Assembly: GCA_043826355.1 (NCBI GenBank)
Contig: JBDRQI010000004.1
Location: 46,195-110,194, forward strand
DNA length: 64,000 nt
From: Candidatus Omnitrophota bacterium
GTDB lineage: Bacteria; Ratteibacteria; UBA8468; MWAK01
Direction of reading: 5' to 3'
The translations under genes were made by a program, and so were the position numbers. The notes beneath the pieces were generated by a model. That model was given only the letters and a program-made list of their open reading frames with translations. It did no database searches and was not told the DNA's origin. Below, one piece after another: positions 1 to 9,323 of the stretch (positions within the stretch are counted from its first letter, which is position 1; the number at the start of each line of letters is the position of its first letter).

Positions 1-198
1 GTAAGTCTAATTCTGACGCCGCAACCCGGTTACATAGAGAATATGACCGACTGGAGCGACCCGCTTTACCGGGACATCCGCAAGCATCTTCCTGAAGGGC
101 GCGCCGCAGGTGACTATATCGTAAGTTTGTACCTCACCGCGGAAAAGCCGATGGTTGACAAACACCATATCAGGAAAATGAAAAATGGCCGCAAATAA
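1..198 (+). CDS. arsM: C-terminal end of probable arsenite S-adenosylmethyltransferase (partial, begins before window)
   Basis: Frame 1 open to TAA at 196-198: ...YIENMTDWSDPLYRDIRKHLPEGRAAGDYIVSLYLTAEKP, resembling ArsM C-termini; overlaps acr3 start. Not in ORF track. Confidence 0.55.
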   Translation, partial: VSLILTPQPGYIENMTDWSDPLYRDIRKHLPEGRAAGDYIVSLYLTAEKPMVDKHHIRKMKNGRK

Positions 199-1255
199 TG
201 AAAAAGCAAGACTGCCTTTTTTCGAAAGGTACCTTTCACTCTGGGTGCTTTTATGTATTGCCGCCGGCGTAATCGTCGGCAAGGTATTTCCGTCCGGAGT
301 GAATTTCTTAGGCGAACTGGAGGTTGCCCACGTCAACATTCCGGTAGCCATCCTCATCTGGTTGATGATATATCCGATGATGCTCCAGATAGATTTTTCC
401 AGCATCGTCCGCGCTTCAAGGAGACCGAAAGGTTTAACCATAACGCTGGTTGTCAACTGGTTAATCAAGCCGTTTACCATGGCGCTATTTGCCTTCATCT
501 TTTTCAGGCACATCTTCGGCGCCTTTATCAACCCGGCCCTGGCAAAGGAATATATCGCCGGAGCCATCCTTTTGGGAGCCGCTCCCTGTACTGCGATGGT
601 CTTTGTCTGGAGTTACCTGACCAAAGGCAATCCGGCCCATACCCTGGTTCAGGTTGCGGTTAACGACCTGGTGATTCTCTTTGCTTTTATCCCGATAGTT
701 AAATTCCTGCTGGGTGTCAACCAGATATCCGTGCCTTACGATACTTTAATCTACTCGGTCGTTCTTTTTGTCGTGATACCTCTGGCCGGCGGGTATATTT
801 CGCGGGTGCAGTTGCTCAAGCGTAAAGGGGTCGATTGGTTTGAAAACGTATTCCTGAAGAGACTGAAGCCGGTTACGATTTTCGGGTTGTTGCTGACCCT
901 GGTCATCATCTTTGCTTTTCAGGGTAAAACCATTCTGGCAAACCCTTTTCACATTATCTTAATCGCGGTTCCCCTGACAATCCAGACCTATTTTATTTTT
1001 ACCATCGGGTATTTCTGGTCAAAGAAATGGCGGCTCACCCATGACATCGCTTCTCCGGCGGCCATGATCGGCGCCAGCAACTTCTTCGAACTGGCTGTGG
1101 CGGTGGCTATCTCTCTTTTCGGCTTGAAGAGCGGTGCCACCCTGGTCACTGTGGTCGGTGTTTTGACCGAAGTTCCGATTATGCTGAGCTTGGTCAATTT
1201 TTCCAACAGGACTCGGGGCTGGTTTACTCCGGGAAGACGGAAGGCGGGAGGTTAA
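185..1255 (+). CDS. acr3: ACR3-family arsenite efflux transporter
   Basis: FFERYLSLWV, IWLMIYPMM, NWLIKPFTM, GAAPCTAMVFVWS, GASNFFELAVAVA motifs; ~10 TM segments. Confidence 0.95.
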   Translation: MAANNEKARLPFFERYLSLWVLLCIAAGVIVGKVFPSGVNFLGELEVAHVNIPVAILIWLMIYPMMLQIDFSSIVRASRRPKGLTITLVVNWLIKPFTMALFAFIFFRHIFGAFINPALAKEYIAGAILLGAAPCTAMVFVWSYLTKGNPAHTLVQVAVNDLVILFAFIPIVKFLLGVNQISVPYDTLIYSVVLFVVIPLAGGYISRVQLLKRKGVDWFENVFLKRLKPVTIFGLLLTLVIIFAFQGKTILANPFHIILIAVPLTIQTYFIFTIGYFWSKKWRLTHDIASPAAMIGASNFFELAVAVAISLFGLKSGATLVTVVGVLTEVPIMLSLVNFSNRTRGWFTPGRRKAGG

Positions 1256-2079
1256 ATAACGGATTTTTCCGGGGCGCCTTTCGTAAAAATATGCGTCAGG
1301 CCCCGGCCTGACTTGGGATGGAGCAGGATGACCATCAACCCGCCGACGATATTGCCGAAGGTTACCGGAATAAGGTTTCGGAATATTTCCCAGAAACGAG
1401 AAAAGAATTGCCCGCTTGCCATCAGGCCGGCCGGGATGAAGTACATGTTGGCGATGGAGTGTTCATAGCCCGAGGCGACAAATACCATAATCGGAAAATA
1501 GATTCCGAATATTTTTCCGGTTACGGTCTTTGAGGATAAAGACATAATTACCGCCAGGCAGACCAGCATATTGCAGAGTATTCCCCGGCAGAATCCCTGA
1601 AAAAAGGTCAGGGAAATTTTACTTTCGGCAATCTTGACAGCGATGTTGCCGGCGGCGCTGGTTAACGCGCCGGTCTGCAATAATCCGGAATTGAACACCA
1701 GGCAGGCCAGGAGCAGGCTGCCGATAAAGTTCCCCAGGTAAACCGCCAGCCAGTTTCGCAGCATTTTTGAAAAACCGTATTTTTTGCCGAGCAGGCCGAT
1801 TACCATCAGGATATTGCCGGTGAAAAGTTCTGCGCCGGGAATCAGAACCAGCATTAAGCCAACGCTGAAGACGGTGCCTGCGAGAAATTTGCCGAGCCCC
1901 GGGTCAAGCGTCCCGCCGCTTAAGACCGCGGTAGCCGCCGCCGCCCCGAAACCGATGTAAGTGCCGGCCAGGATTCCGTAAACAAAGAGGTCGAAAATGG
2001 AAGAAACCGCCTTTTTTTCCCCGATAGCAATTAACTTTTGGGATACTTCCTTCGGTTTTAAAAACAGGTTCTCATCCAT
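1252..2079 (-). CDS. Formate/nitrite transporter (FNT) family channel
   Basis: GAELFTGN, GILCNMLVCLA, FVASGYEHSIANM, GNIVGG; start moved to ATG 2079. Confidence 0.93.
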   Translation of the reverse strand: MDENLFLKPKEVSQKLIAIGEKKAVSSIFDLFVYGILAGTYIGFGAAAATAVLSGGTLDPGLGKFLAGTVFSVGLMLVLIPGAELFTGNILMVIGLLGKKYGFSKMLRNWLAVYLGNFIGSLLLACLVFNSGLLQTGALTSAAGNIAVKIAESKISLTFFQGFCRGILCNMLVCLAVIMSLSSKTVTGKIFGIYFPIMVFVASGYEHSIANMYFIPAGLMASGQFFSRFWEIFRNLIPVTFGNIVGGLMVILLHPKSGRGLTHIFTKGAPEKSVI

Positions 2080-2111
2080 ATTTGAAATTATAACCCGTGC
2101 CCCGCGAAAAT

Positions 2112-3059
2112 TCAAAACCCCTGCGCCAGGTTTTGCTTGTAAAACCGGGCAACTTCCGGGCTCTCTATCACCGAAATAATCTCCTGGTTTCGTTTGGCCG
2201 CGCCGCTGGGATTATAAGAGCCGGTGATAACTTTTTTACCGTCAATCAGGAATAGTTTGTAGTGGTTCAAATAATAGTTTTTATCCCAGGCCACGTTTGC
2301 GCCGGAAGCGTTTAATTCGCGGAAAGCCGTATCATTTACCGCCCAGTCTTGTTCCAGAATGCCTGATACTTTAATGCCCTGGCTGGTTTTTTTCTTCAAA
2401 ATCTGAATAATTTCCGAGTCGGTGAAGACGTAATGCGAAAAAAATATTTCTTTCTGCGCCGATTTTAGTTCTTTTAAAATAATGGTACGGCATTTCGGGT
2501 TCAGGTAAACTTGAACCGGAAGTTTCGGGTTGCCTTGAAAGGACAAAGGCGGATTTTTATCTTCTATCAGGGCGTTAAAAACCCGCCTTAAGTAACCGGC
2601 AATTTCTGGATAGTGAAAAAAGATTAAATCATTATCGCTTTGATAGGCGGAATTGAAGGTTAGATTGAAAGAACCCAGCCAGGCGAACTTTCCGTCTACC
2701 ACGCCGAACTTGGCATGCATCAGAGAAGATGGTTTGGAGTCGGTAGCGATAAAATTGAAGGGGAGGGCAGAGGCGCTTTCTGCCGCCTTGTCGTCTATTA
2801 ACAGCTTAACTTTCACACCCCGGTCCTGAGCCGCCTTCAGGGCATTGAGTACGCAGGGTAGGTTGGCTTCAAAAGAAGTTATTAATACTTCCTTTTTCGC
2901 CTGGTTTATCAGTCCGGTTATTTTTAAAGGTATGTCGGTTTTGCGGGAAAGACAGACCTCAAAATCTTTGGTCACCAGGGGTTGCGGTTTGTTGCATCCG
3001 GCTGTTAGAATTAAAGGTATCAGCCAAAACGCAACGAAACGCATACGCCGAAATCGCAT
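2112..3059 (-). CDS. Phospholipase D superfamily lipoprotein (two HKD motifs)
   Basis: HAKFGVVD..GSFN and HYKLFLID..GSYN; lipobox-like LTAGC; true start may be 3044. Confidence 0.85.
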   Translation of the reverse strand: MRFRRMRFVAFWLIPLILTAGCNKPQPLVTKDFEVCLSRKTDIPLKITGLINQAKKEVLITSFEANLPCVLNALKAAQDRGVKVKLLIDDKAAESASALPFNFIATDSKPSSLMHAKFGVVDGKFAWLGSFNLTFNSAYQSDNDLIFFHYPEIAGYLRRVFNALIEDKNPPLSFQGNPKLPVQVYLNPKCRTIILKELKSAQKEIFFSHYVFTDSEIIQILKKKTSQGIKVSGILEQDWAVNDTAFRELNASGANVAWDKNYYLNHYKLFLIDGKKVITGSYNPSGAAKRNQEIISVIESPEVARFYKQNLAQGF

Positions 3060-3107
3060 TGTTTTATTATATCATTCCGTCCTTATGCTATAATAATATT
3101 AGTTTGT

Positions 3108-3193
3108 TGTCATTCTGAAGCATAGCGAAGAATCCCGTATTTGTAGGGGCCGCATTAATGCGGCCCGCGGGCGCGATGAATCGCGCCCCTACA
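3108..3193. repeat. REP-like palindrome cluster (TGTCATTCTGA type plus GTAG...CTAC type)
   Basis: tgtcattctgaagcatagcgaagaatcc followed by gtaggggccgc...gcgcccctac hairpin; both motifs recur across the window. Confidence 0.75.
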
Positions 3194-3222
3194 AAAATCG
3201 TATTATCTTGCCCGGAGGAACA

Positions 3223-3798
3223 ATGGAAACTAAAATTCTGCCCTTTAAACGATTAATAACGGAAAGAGAGAACCTGCTGGCGCGTAAGATTCTGATGTCA
3301 ATAACGATGGCCGCGGTGACCGGACTGCTGGCCGGCATCCGCATACCGCTTCCGTTTACGCCGATTCCGCTTACCGGCCAGGTTTTAGGAGTGCTTCTCG
3401 CCGGCCTTTTTCTGGAAGGTTCTTTTGCCGGTTTGAGCCAGGCCCTTTACCTTCTTATCGGTTTAAGCGGCATCCCCTGGTTTTCCGGCTGGAGCAGTCT
3501 TTCTTTTGCCACTTTCGCCGCCAACCCCACTTCCGGGTATCTTGTCGGGTTTATTCCGGCGGCTTTCCTGATTGGAAAACTGGAACACTGCGGGTCCAAA
3601 ATGAACCTTTTCCGGCATACAATCGCGTTCCTTGCCGGGATTCTGGTGCTCTATTCTTTCGGCGCAATCCATCTTGCAACAATAATGCATACCGGCTTTC
3701 AGAGAACCATGCTCTTGGCCGTCTATCCCTTCATCTTTTTTGATTTCCTGAAGGCCCTTCTGGCCGCTTCATTTATGAGCGCCTTTCGTAAGGTCTAA
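3223..3798 (+). CDS. bioY: Biotin ECF S-component BioY
   Basis: IPLPFTPIPLTGQVLGVLLAG, PTSGYLVGF, PFIFFDFLK; RBS ggagg before ATG 3223. Confidence 0.92.
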   Translation: METKILPFKRLITERENLLARKILMSITMAAVTGLLAGIRIPLPFTPIPLTGQVLGVLLAGLFLEGSFAGLSQALYLLIGLSGIPWFSGWSSLSFATFAANPTSGYLVGFIPAAFLIGKLEHCGSKMNLFRHTIAFLAGILVLYSFGAIHLATIMHTGFQRTMLLAVYPFIFFDFLKALLAASFMSAFRKV

Positions 3799-3863
3799 AT
3801 TTTAGTCCTTCTCCCCTCCGGGCTGCAAGTCCGCCTCAGGCGGGGAGAGGATGAAGGTGAGGG

Positions 3864-4442
3864 GTGAAAATGACTGTTTACGAAACAATCATTAAGCGGC
3901 GTACCGTTCGCCGTTTTCAATCCAGGCCGGTTCCGGAAGAAATTCTGGAAAAAATGGTAAACGCCGGTCGTTTGGCTCCTTCGGCCGCCAATCTCCAACC
4001 CTGCGAATTTTTAATCGTGGACGACCCGAATTTGGTTGCCGCGGTCTTTGCCACTTTACAGTGGGCCGGTTATGTGGCGCCGGCCGGTAATCCGCCGGAG
4101 GGAAAACGGCCCGTTGCCTACATCGTTCTGCTTCTCAATCCTGAAAAGAGCCGGGGTGGTATTGCCGATGCCGGAGCGGCTATTGAAAACATGATTTTGA
4201 CCGGGCTGGAAGATGGTGTCGCTGCCTGCTGGCTGGGCTCGGTGGACCGCGGCCAGTTGACAAAAATTCTTAATATTCCTAATTACTGCCGAATTGATTC
4301 GGTGTTGGCGCTGGGTTATCCGGAACAGGAGAACCAGGCAGAGGATTTTTCCGGTTCAATCAAATACTGGCTTGACGAAAAAGGTAATTACCACGTGCCC
4401 AAACGCAGTTTAAAAGAAGTCCTTCACCGTAATACCTACTAA
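3864..4442 (+). CDS. Nitroreductase family protein
   Basis: RRTVRRF, LAPSAANLQP, DAGAAIENMIL, LALGYP. Confidence 0.92.
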   Translation: MKMTVYETIIKRRTVRRFQSRPVPEEILEKMVNAGRLAPSAANLQPCEFLIVDDPNLVAAVFATLQWAGYVAPAGNPPEGKRPVAYIVLLLNPEKSRGGIADAGAAIENMILTGLEDGVAACWLGSVDRGQLTKILNIPNYCRIDSVLALGYPEQENQAEDFSGSIKYWLDEKGNYHVPKRSLKEVLHRNTY

Positions 4443-4565
4443 TATAAATTGTCTGTCATTCCCGCGTGTGGTAAGTGGGAATCAACATGTAGTAGGACAG
4501 GCGTCTCGCCTGTTTCTTTTTTGTAATGCGACCCCTTCAAGGTCGCCAATCTTGGTTTAATTACT

Positions 4566-4650
4566 GGAGAGGTGCGAGAGCGGTTGAATCGGCACGATTG
4601 GAAATCGTGTAGCCCGCAAGGGCTCGTGGGTTCGAATCCCACCCTCTCCG
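4566..4650 (+). tRNA. tRNA-Ser (anticodon GGA), CCA not encoded
   Basis: Acceptor GGAGAGG/CCTCTCC, anticodon arm CACGA-TTGGAAA-TCGTG, long variable arm AGCCC-GCAA-GGGCT, T arm GTGGG-TTCGAAT-CCCAC, discriminator G. Confidence 0.97.
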
Positions 4651-4733
4651 CAGATAAGCTTACCTGAAGGTGGGATTCGAGGGGAGCGAAGTAAGGCGTT
4701 GCGACTGGTTAAGGAGCAATGCCAGCGGGTGGC

Positions 4734-5296
4734 CTAGTTGAAACGCAGTGAAGTTGAGACAGCCGAATCCCACCCTCTCCGCTGTTCGTCTGTTTTGGCC
4801 TTTTCGGCAATCAGACGGAAGGCCGGATGCCAGTCAGGGCACAGGTTTCCGTCTTTTAAAACGAGGTTCGAGAACACCAATTTCAGCAGTTGCCGCTTTT
4901 CCTCCACCGAACGTGAAATGTAGATTTCTCTCGCCCGCTGTGCCAGTTCCAGGATGTTCATCCCCAGTTCGAAGTATTTTTCCCGCCCGGTCTCATGCCG
5001 CCTGATTGAATCGAGAACCTCCTCCCTTTCGCCCGAGTACTGTTTGAACTTGCGCCCGTAAAGCTCCTCGCTTATCTTCCCATCCACCTTGTCGTCGTAG
5101 AGGGCATCCTCCCGCCGCTGCAGCGTTTCGTACCGGCGGTTCAGCTCCTCCAAACAGCTCCTATTGTACTCTGTTTCGTCCCGATGGCTCTCCTTGAGGG
5201 CCTTGCGGATCCATTCGATGACCAGGCTATTGCCGGCGGTAAGTCCGTCAAGACACTCGTGGATTTTTTTCTCCAGCCTTTCCTGACGCGTGTACA
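4734..5296 (-). pseudogene. C-terminal fragment of a large serine recombinase (integrase)
   Basis: Coiled-coil ..DALYDDKVDGKISEELY..EEKRQLLKLVFSNLVLKDG.. typical of large serine recombinase C-termini; catalytic N-terminus absent, cut at the inverted repeat at 5297; reads through att as RRGW. Confidence 0.75.
4764..4782 (+). repeat. Direct copy of tRNA-Ser 3' end (att site)
   Basis: cgaatcccaccctctccgc identical to 4633-4651. Confidence 0.9.
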
Positions 5297-5623
5297 TGCT
5301 CTGCACTCTAAAGAAAGGTGGTCCTAAAGACGGGGGAAGGTCATTACGGTCTTGATAATTACCATGTTTACCCAAGAATATAATTGCATAATTTTTAGCA
5401 ACCTCATAATAGGAATCGTTATCCTGGAACCGTTTTCTAGCTAAAACCGTTAGATCTGGAACCTTTATTCTGTCAGACTCAATTAATAGACGCCAGATAT
5501 GCATTTCCTGCCATGGATAGATACAGTCTTTGAGAAACAAGGCGCAATTTGTTTGAACAAATTTATAATTCTTACGTAAGATTTTTCTTTTGGTTCGGCA
5601 TAAATTTAGCACAAAATATTTTC

Positions 5624-6832
5624 TCAGACCTTTTTGGACAAATTTATCGGGTGGTGTTCAATAAGTACTTCACCTGCTTTTTGTAATGCATATTTTGTGC
5701 ACAAAGGACCGATTAATTCATAAACAACCGTGGTTGCAACGATAGTAGTAAAAATCATAGTTCCTACTTCTGGAAAATCATTTTTGACAATAAGGGCGCA
5801 ACCCAACGCAACACCAGCCTGAGGAATTAATCCTAAACCTAAATATTTCTTTATGCTTCGGGAAGCATTGGAGATGCGTGCTCCTAAACCCGCGCCTATT
5901 ACTTTACCGAGTACCCGAAACATAAGATACGCCAAACCAATCAGTCCAAGTTTACTTAAAATTCCTATTTCTAAGTTTGCTCCTGCCAAAACAAAGAAAA
6001 GCAGAAACAGAGGTGAGTCAACTGTTTTTAGACTCTCAAAAAAATTAAATGATGTTTTATGGACATTAACTAATATTGCTCCTAAAAACATACTTGCTAA
6101 AAGAACGGATAATTTAAGCCAAACAGCAATTCCTATATTTAAAAAAACAAATCCTAAAGTAAAAATTAGAAGCTCGGTTTGTGTACGTAGATGCCGAGAA
6201 AAATAAGTTACCACCATTGCTACTATACCCCCTAAGATAAAAGCGCCAGATATGCTTAAAATGGAATGGAAAAGTACTTTTATCAAGAAAAAGGGGGCTA
6301 ACGTATGAGCATAGATAGCCTGTGATATTGCCAAAGAAACGGCAAATATAATAAGGCACCAGGCATCGTCAATGGCAACTACACCCAAAAGCGTATCGGT
6401 AAAGTTTCCTTTGGCCCGACATTCTCTGATGATCATAACCGTTGCCGCAGGGGCGGTAGCAGAGGAGATCGCCCCAAAAAGAAGAGAGAGATAAAAGGGC
6501 TGTCTTAAAATAACCAGGAATACAAAAGTGACCAAAAACCAGGCGCCACAAGCTTCTAAAACTGAAATCAAAACGACGGATTTACCAATCTTACGAAAAT
6601 TATCTCTGGAAAAATTCTGTCCTATGCCAAAAGCAATTATGCCTAAAACTATATTAGAAATCAAACCTGAAGAAGCTATAATATCTTTAGGGATAAGCCT
6701 GAAAACCGATGGTCCTATAAAAATACCCAATAAAAGATAGGCAGTTACTGCGGGAAATTTAATTTTGTTTATCAGTCTGGCTGAAAATAAACCTGCAAGT
6801 AGAATAAAACCGATTCCTAGAATTGTATTCAT
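5624..6832 (-). CDS. Cation:proton antiporter (Na+/H+ exchanger, Kef-type membrane domain)
   Basis: ~12 TM; ATAPAAT, VVAIDD, FFVLAGA, GLIPQAGVALG motifs; AT-rich. Confidence 0.88.
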   Translation of the reverse strand: MNTILGIGFILLAGLFSARLINKIKFPAVTAYLLLGIFIGPSVFRLIPKDIIASSGLISNIVLGIIAFGIGQNFSRDNFRKIGKSVVLISVLEACGAWFLVTFVFLVILRQPFYLSLLFGAISSATAPAATVMIIRECRAKGNFTDTLLGVVAIDDAWCLIIFAVSLAISQAIYAHTLAPFFLIKVLFHSILSISGAFILGGIVAMVVTYFSRHLRTQTELLIFTLGFVFLNIGIAVWLKLSVLLASMFLGAILVNVHKTSFNFFESLKTVDSPLFLLFFVLAGANLEIGILSKLGLIGLAYLMFRVLGKVIGAGLGARISNASRSIKKYLGLGLIPQAGVALGCALIVKNDFPEVGTMIFTTIVATTVVYELIGPLCTKYALQKAGEVLIEHHPINLSKKV

Positions 6833-7299
6833 TTAGTAAGACCCTTTTGGCGGAAAACATGTCGGACTATATCGAATATGCCGATCATTCCTAATAATTT
6901 TTCGGTTTTGTCAACCACCGGGAATTCTTCTTTAAGGTGCAGCTTCATCAGTTTGTAAACTTCTTCTAAAGAAGCGTCTTCTTGTATAGCGATAAACTTC
7001 CTCTCCATAATATCTTCAGCCATTACTAAACTACCGGTTTCTTCAGTAAAATCCACTTTGAATATGTCTTCCTCTTCTTCGTCCAAAAAAGGCACTGTTT
7101 TCAACATATCTGACTTACGCAACTGAAATGCATTAACGAGATTGCGGAAAGAAACAACGCCTACAAGATGATTGTTTTTTTCAACAACAGGTACCAAAGG
7201 GAATATATGAAACTTAGCAAATATTTCTAACAACTGCTTTAAAGTCGTAGAACGTCTTACGGTAATTACTTCTTTTGACATTACCTTTTTTACCTGCAT
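6829..7299 (-). CDS. CBS-pair domain protein
   Basis: VKKVMSKEVITV, LVPVV..LVGVVS, FPVVD..LLGMIGIFD; 4-bp overlap with antiporter. Confidence 0.88.
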   Translation of the reverse strand: MQVKKVMSKEVITVRRSTTLKQLLEIFAKFHIFPLVPVVEKNNHLVGVVSFRNLVNAFQLRKSDMLKTVPFLDEEEEDIFKVDFTEETGSLVMAEDIMERKFIAIQEDASLEEVYKLMKLHLKEEFPVVDKTEKLLGMIGIFDIVRHVFRQKGLTK

Positions 7300-7368
7300 A
7301 CTTTACTCCTTGAATTCTAAGTTTTACGTAAAAAATGTATATCTTCAGAAAAAAGTATACGGATTTCC

Positions 7369-8394
7369 TTAATTTGATTTCGATATTTGGTGCTTATCCG
7401 GGCTGTTGTTTTGGTTAGCGTTTCTGCCTTCCAGATTGTACTTCTTCCTGCGTTCTAACGTCAATCGTTTTTTCTCCTGCCTTTTTTGCAGAACCACCTC
7501 CTTCCTGCCGGCGTAGACGTCGTTTGGGCAGACGTTGGCCTGGGATTCGTGCGGGGTAATGTTGTAGGCGGTTATCGCCGCGTCTATGGCCTTCTTTAAC
7601 TCCTCCGGGGAGCAGTAGACCATCAGGCAGAGATTTTCTTTAATCCGGCGGTTAAACCGCTCAATCTTGCCCCGGCCCTGCGGGTGGTATGGGGTGCCCA
7701 AGATATGTCTGATCCCGTGGTTTGAGAGATATTTATCCATCAGTTTTGAGGTAAAGCCCGGTCCGTTGTCAGTGTAAAGGCGCGGCATCTCTTCCCTCTC
7801 TATCAGGTGGCCTTCCTTCCGGGCGTTTTCCACCGCCATTTTCACTATGTCGGCGAAGGAGAAGGCGGTCTCGTCTGCCTTTAAGTCCCAGGCGATTATC
7901 TTCCGGGAGAAGTCATCTTCCACCGGGATGAGTTTGTAGTAACCCCAGCCGACAATGAAAAGACTGGTGGCGTCGCACTGCCAGATTTCATCCGGGCCTT
8001 TTGTCTTGTGCCGCCATTCCTTGGCGGCCGGCATCTCCGGCAGAGGCCGGGGTGCGATGAGGTTGTTTTCCTTGAGGATCCGGTAGACGGTGGATTCGGA
8101 AATGGAGAAATCTTCCTGGTCGGTAATCTGGATGGCCAGGAGCCGGGGTGATAATTCCGGGTGGAGACGGGCAATCTCAAGGACCCTGTTCTCTTCGGAA
8201 GCCGCAAGCCTGTTCCAGACCCTCTTCGGACCCGGTTTTGTCTTGGCCAAGCCGGAAACGCCGTTTTCGTCATAGGCCTTTCGCCACTTGTAATAGGTGG
8301 CGCGAGGAATTTTAAGTTCCCCCAGCATCTGGGAACGCTGGCCCTGTTTTCCTTCCACCTTTTTTATCAGGTCTTCCCGCATATGTTCATTCAT
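7369..8394 (-). CDS. IS3-family transposase OrfB (rve DDE domain)
   Basis: WQCDAT, EDDFSR, YTDNGPGF, HPQGRGKIERFNR. Confidence 0.92.
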   Translation of the reverse strand: MNEHMREDLIKKVEGKQGQRSQMLGELKIPRATYYKWRKAYDENGVSGLAKTKPGPKRVWNRLAASEENRVLEIARLHPELSPRLLAIQITDQEDFSISESTVYRILKENNLIAPRPLPEMPAAKEWRHKTKGPDEIWQCDATSLFIVGWGYYKLIPVEDDFSRKIIAWDLKADETAFSFADIVKMAVENARKEGHLIEREEMPRLYTDNGPGFTSKLMDKYLSNHGIRHILGTPYHPQGRGKIERFNRRIKENLCLMVYCSPEELKKAIDAAITAYNITPHESQANVCPNDVYAGRKEVVLQKRQEKKRLTLERRKKYNLEGRNANQNNSPDKHQISKSN

Positions 8395-8414
8395 ACGATT
8401 GTGCCACTTCCGGG

Positions 8415-8795
8415 TTACGATTTCAGACTTTTTTTAAAGATTTGAATCTTCAAGGCTTGGTCTCCCACCAGTTCTTTAAGGCGGGCGTTTTCTTCCCGCA
8501 GGTGTTTTACTTCTCCGCCGGTGGCATCACGCAGGGAGTCCCTCTTCAGCCGTGCCTTGCCTGCCTCCATGAAGTCCTTCAGCCAGGTGTAGTAAATAGC
8601 GCTGGAGATGCTTTCCCTGCGGCAGAGGTCTGAGACGGGGATCTCCTTGCGGAAGCCTTCCAGGACAATCCTGATCTTGTCTTCGGCGGAGAACTTCCGG
8701 CGGGTATAGCGGCGTACTTCGCGGATGAGCCGGGCGGCGCTGCCAGGGGCAGCTACTTCATTTTCTTTCTCTAAAACCAAGGTGGATTCTTCCAT
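8415..8795 (-). CDS. IS3-family transposase OrfA (HTH)
   Basis: RRKFSAEDKIRIVLEG..DLCRRESI..YYTW..; RBS aaggag before ATG 8795. Confidence 0.9.
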   Translation of the reverse strand: MEESTLVLEKENEVAAPGSAARLIREVRRYTRRKFSAEDKIRIVLEGFRKEIPVSDLCRRESISSAIYYTWLKDFMEAGKARLKRDSLRDATGGEVKHLREENARLKELVGDQALKIQIFKKSLKS

Positions 8796-8952
8796 TTTTC
8801 TCCTTTCGGACAGGTTATCATTATAACCTGCCCAATCCACCCGAACCAAGATTAAAGATCACAAACTAAAAAAGAACCCGGTTTGTCTACTAATTGCTGA
8901 AGATGTACATTTTCTAATATAATTGGAATCTCCATTTGCCCATCAAGGGGAA

Positions 8953-9088
8953 ATATTTTAGCCTGATATTTTGTCTTATTTTATTATATTTTGCTCAGTT
9001 GTATCTAGTTGTCAATTAAAGGGTTGTTCCTCATTCAGTGCACCAAACAAATTTTATCATCCCATCAGGACAGGGTCAAGGTTTTGCA
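8953..9088. repeat. ~135-bp direct repeat, copy A
   Basis: 66-bp core 8994-9059 identical to 14847-14912. Confidence 0.9.
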
Positions 9089-9148
9089 TAAGGGGAGGTT
9101 CGCTTTAACAACCCCGTTTTATCTAACGAAGATGTGAATATAAGAAAG

Positions 9149-9323
9149 ACACTTAAAGAGTTCTGGGAGTTTGCCATGCGGGGCAACGTCCTTGACATGG
9201 CTATCGATATTATCATCGCGTTTTTGGGAAAATCATCACCTCGCTGGTCAAAATAATATTTTGATGTCGCCCATCGGCGCTTTGCTGGGCAAGGCGGATT
9301 TTTCAAATTTTTTCTTTACCGTT
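9149..9323 (+). pseudogene. mscL: Frameshifted, truncated large-conductance mechanosensitive channel
   Basis: Three frames give LKEFWEFAMRGNVLDMAIDIII / GKIITSLVK / NILMSPIGALLGKADFSNFF, matching the MscL N-terminus. Confidence 0.85.

Larger units (their letters stand above)
7336..8909 (-). mobile_element. IS3-family insertion sequence
   Basis: Imperfect ~25-bp IRs tgtatatcttcagaaaaaagtatac / gtctactaattgctgaagatgtaca; orfA/orfB; A7G slippery site at 8428-8435 whose -1 frame runs open into orfB. Confidence 0.9.

Noticed and set aside
2112-3059. PLD protein as an anti-phage nuclease
   Set aside because: Lipoprotein signal and housekeeping context, no helicase or other defence partner.
4439-4642. 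67-aa ORF starting MGFEPT
   Set aside because: Antisense shadow of the tRNA-Ser.
4734-5612. 292-aa ORF as one real protein
   Set aside because: Chance in-frame chimera across the inverted repeat at 5297-5344; composition changes abruptly there.
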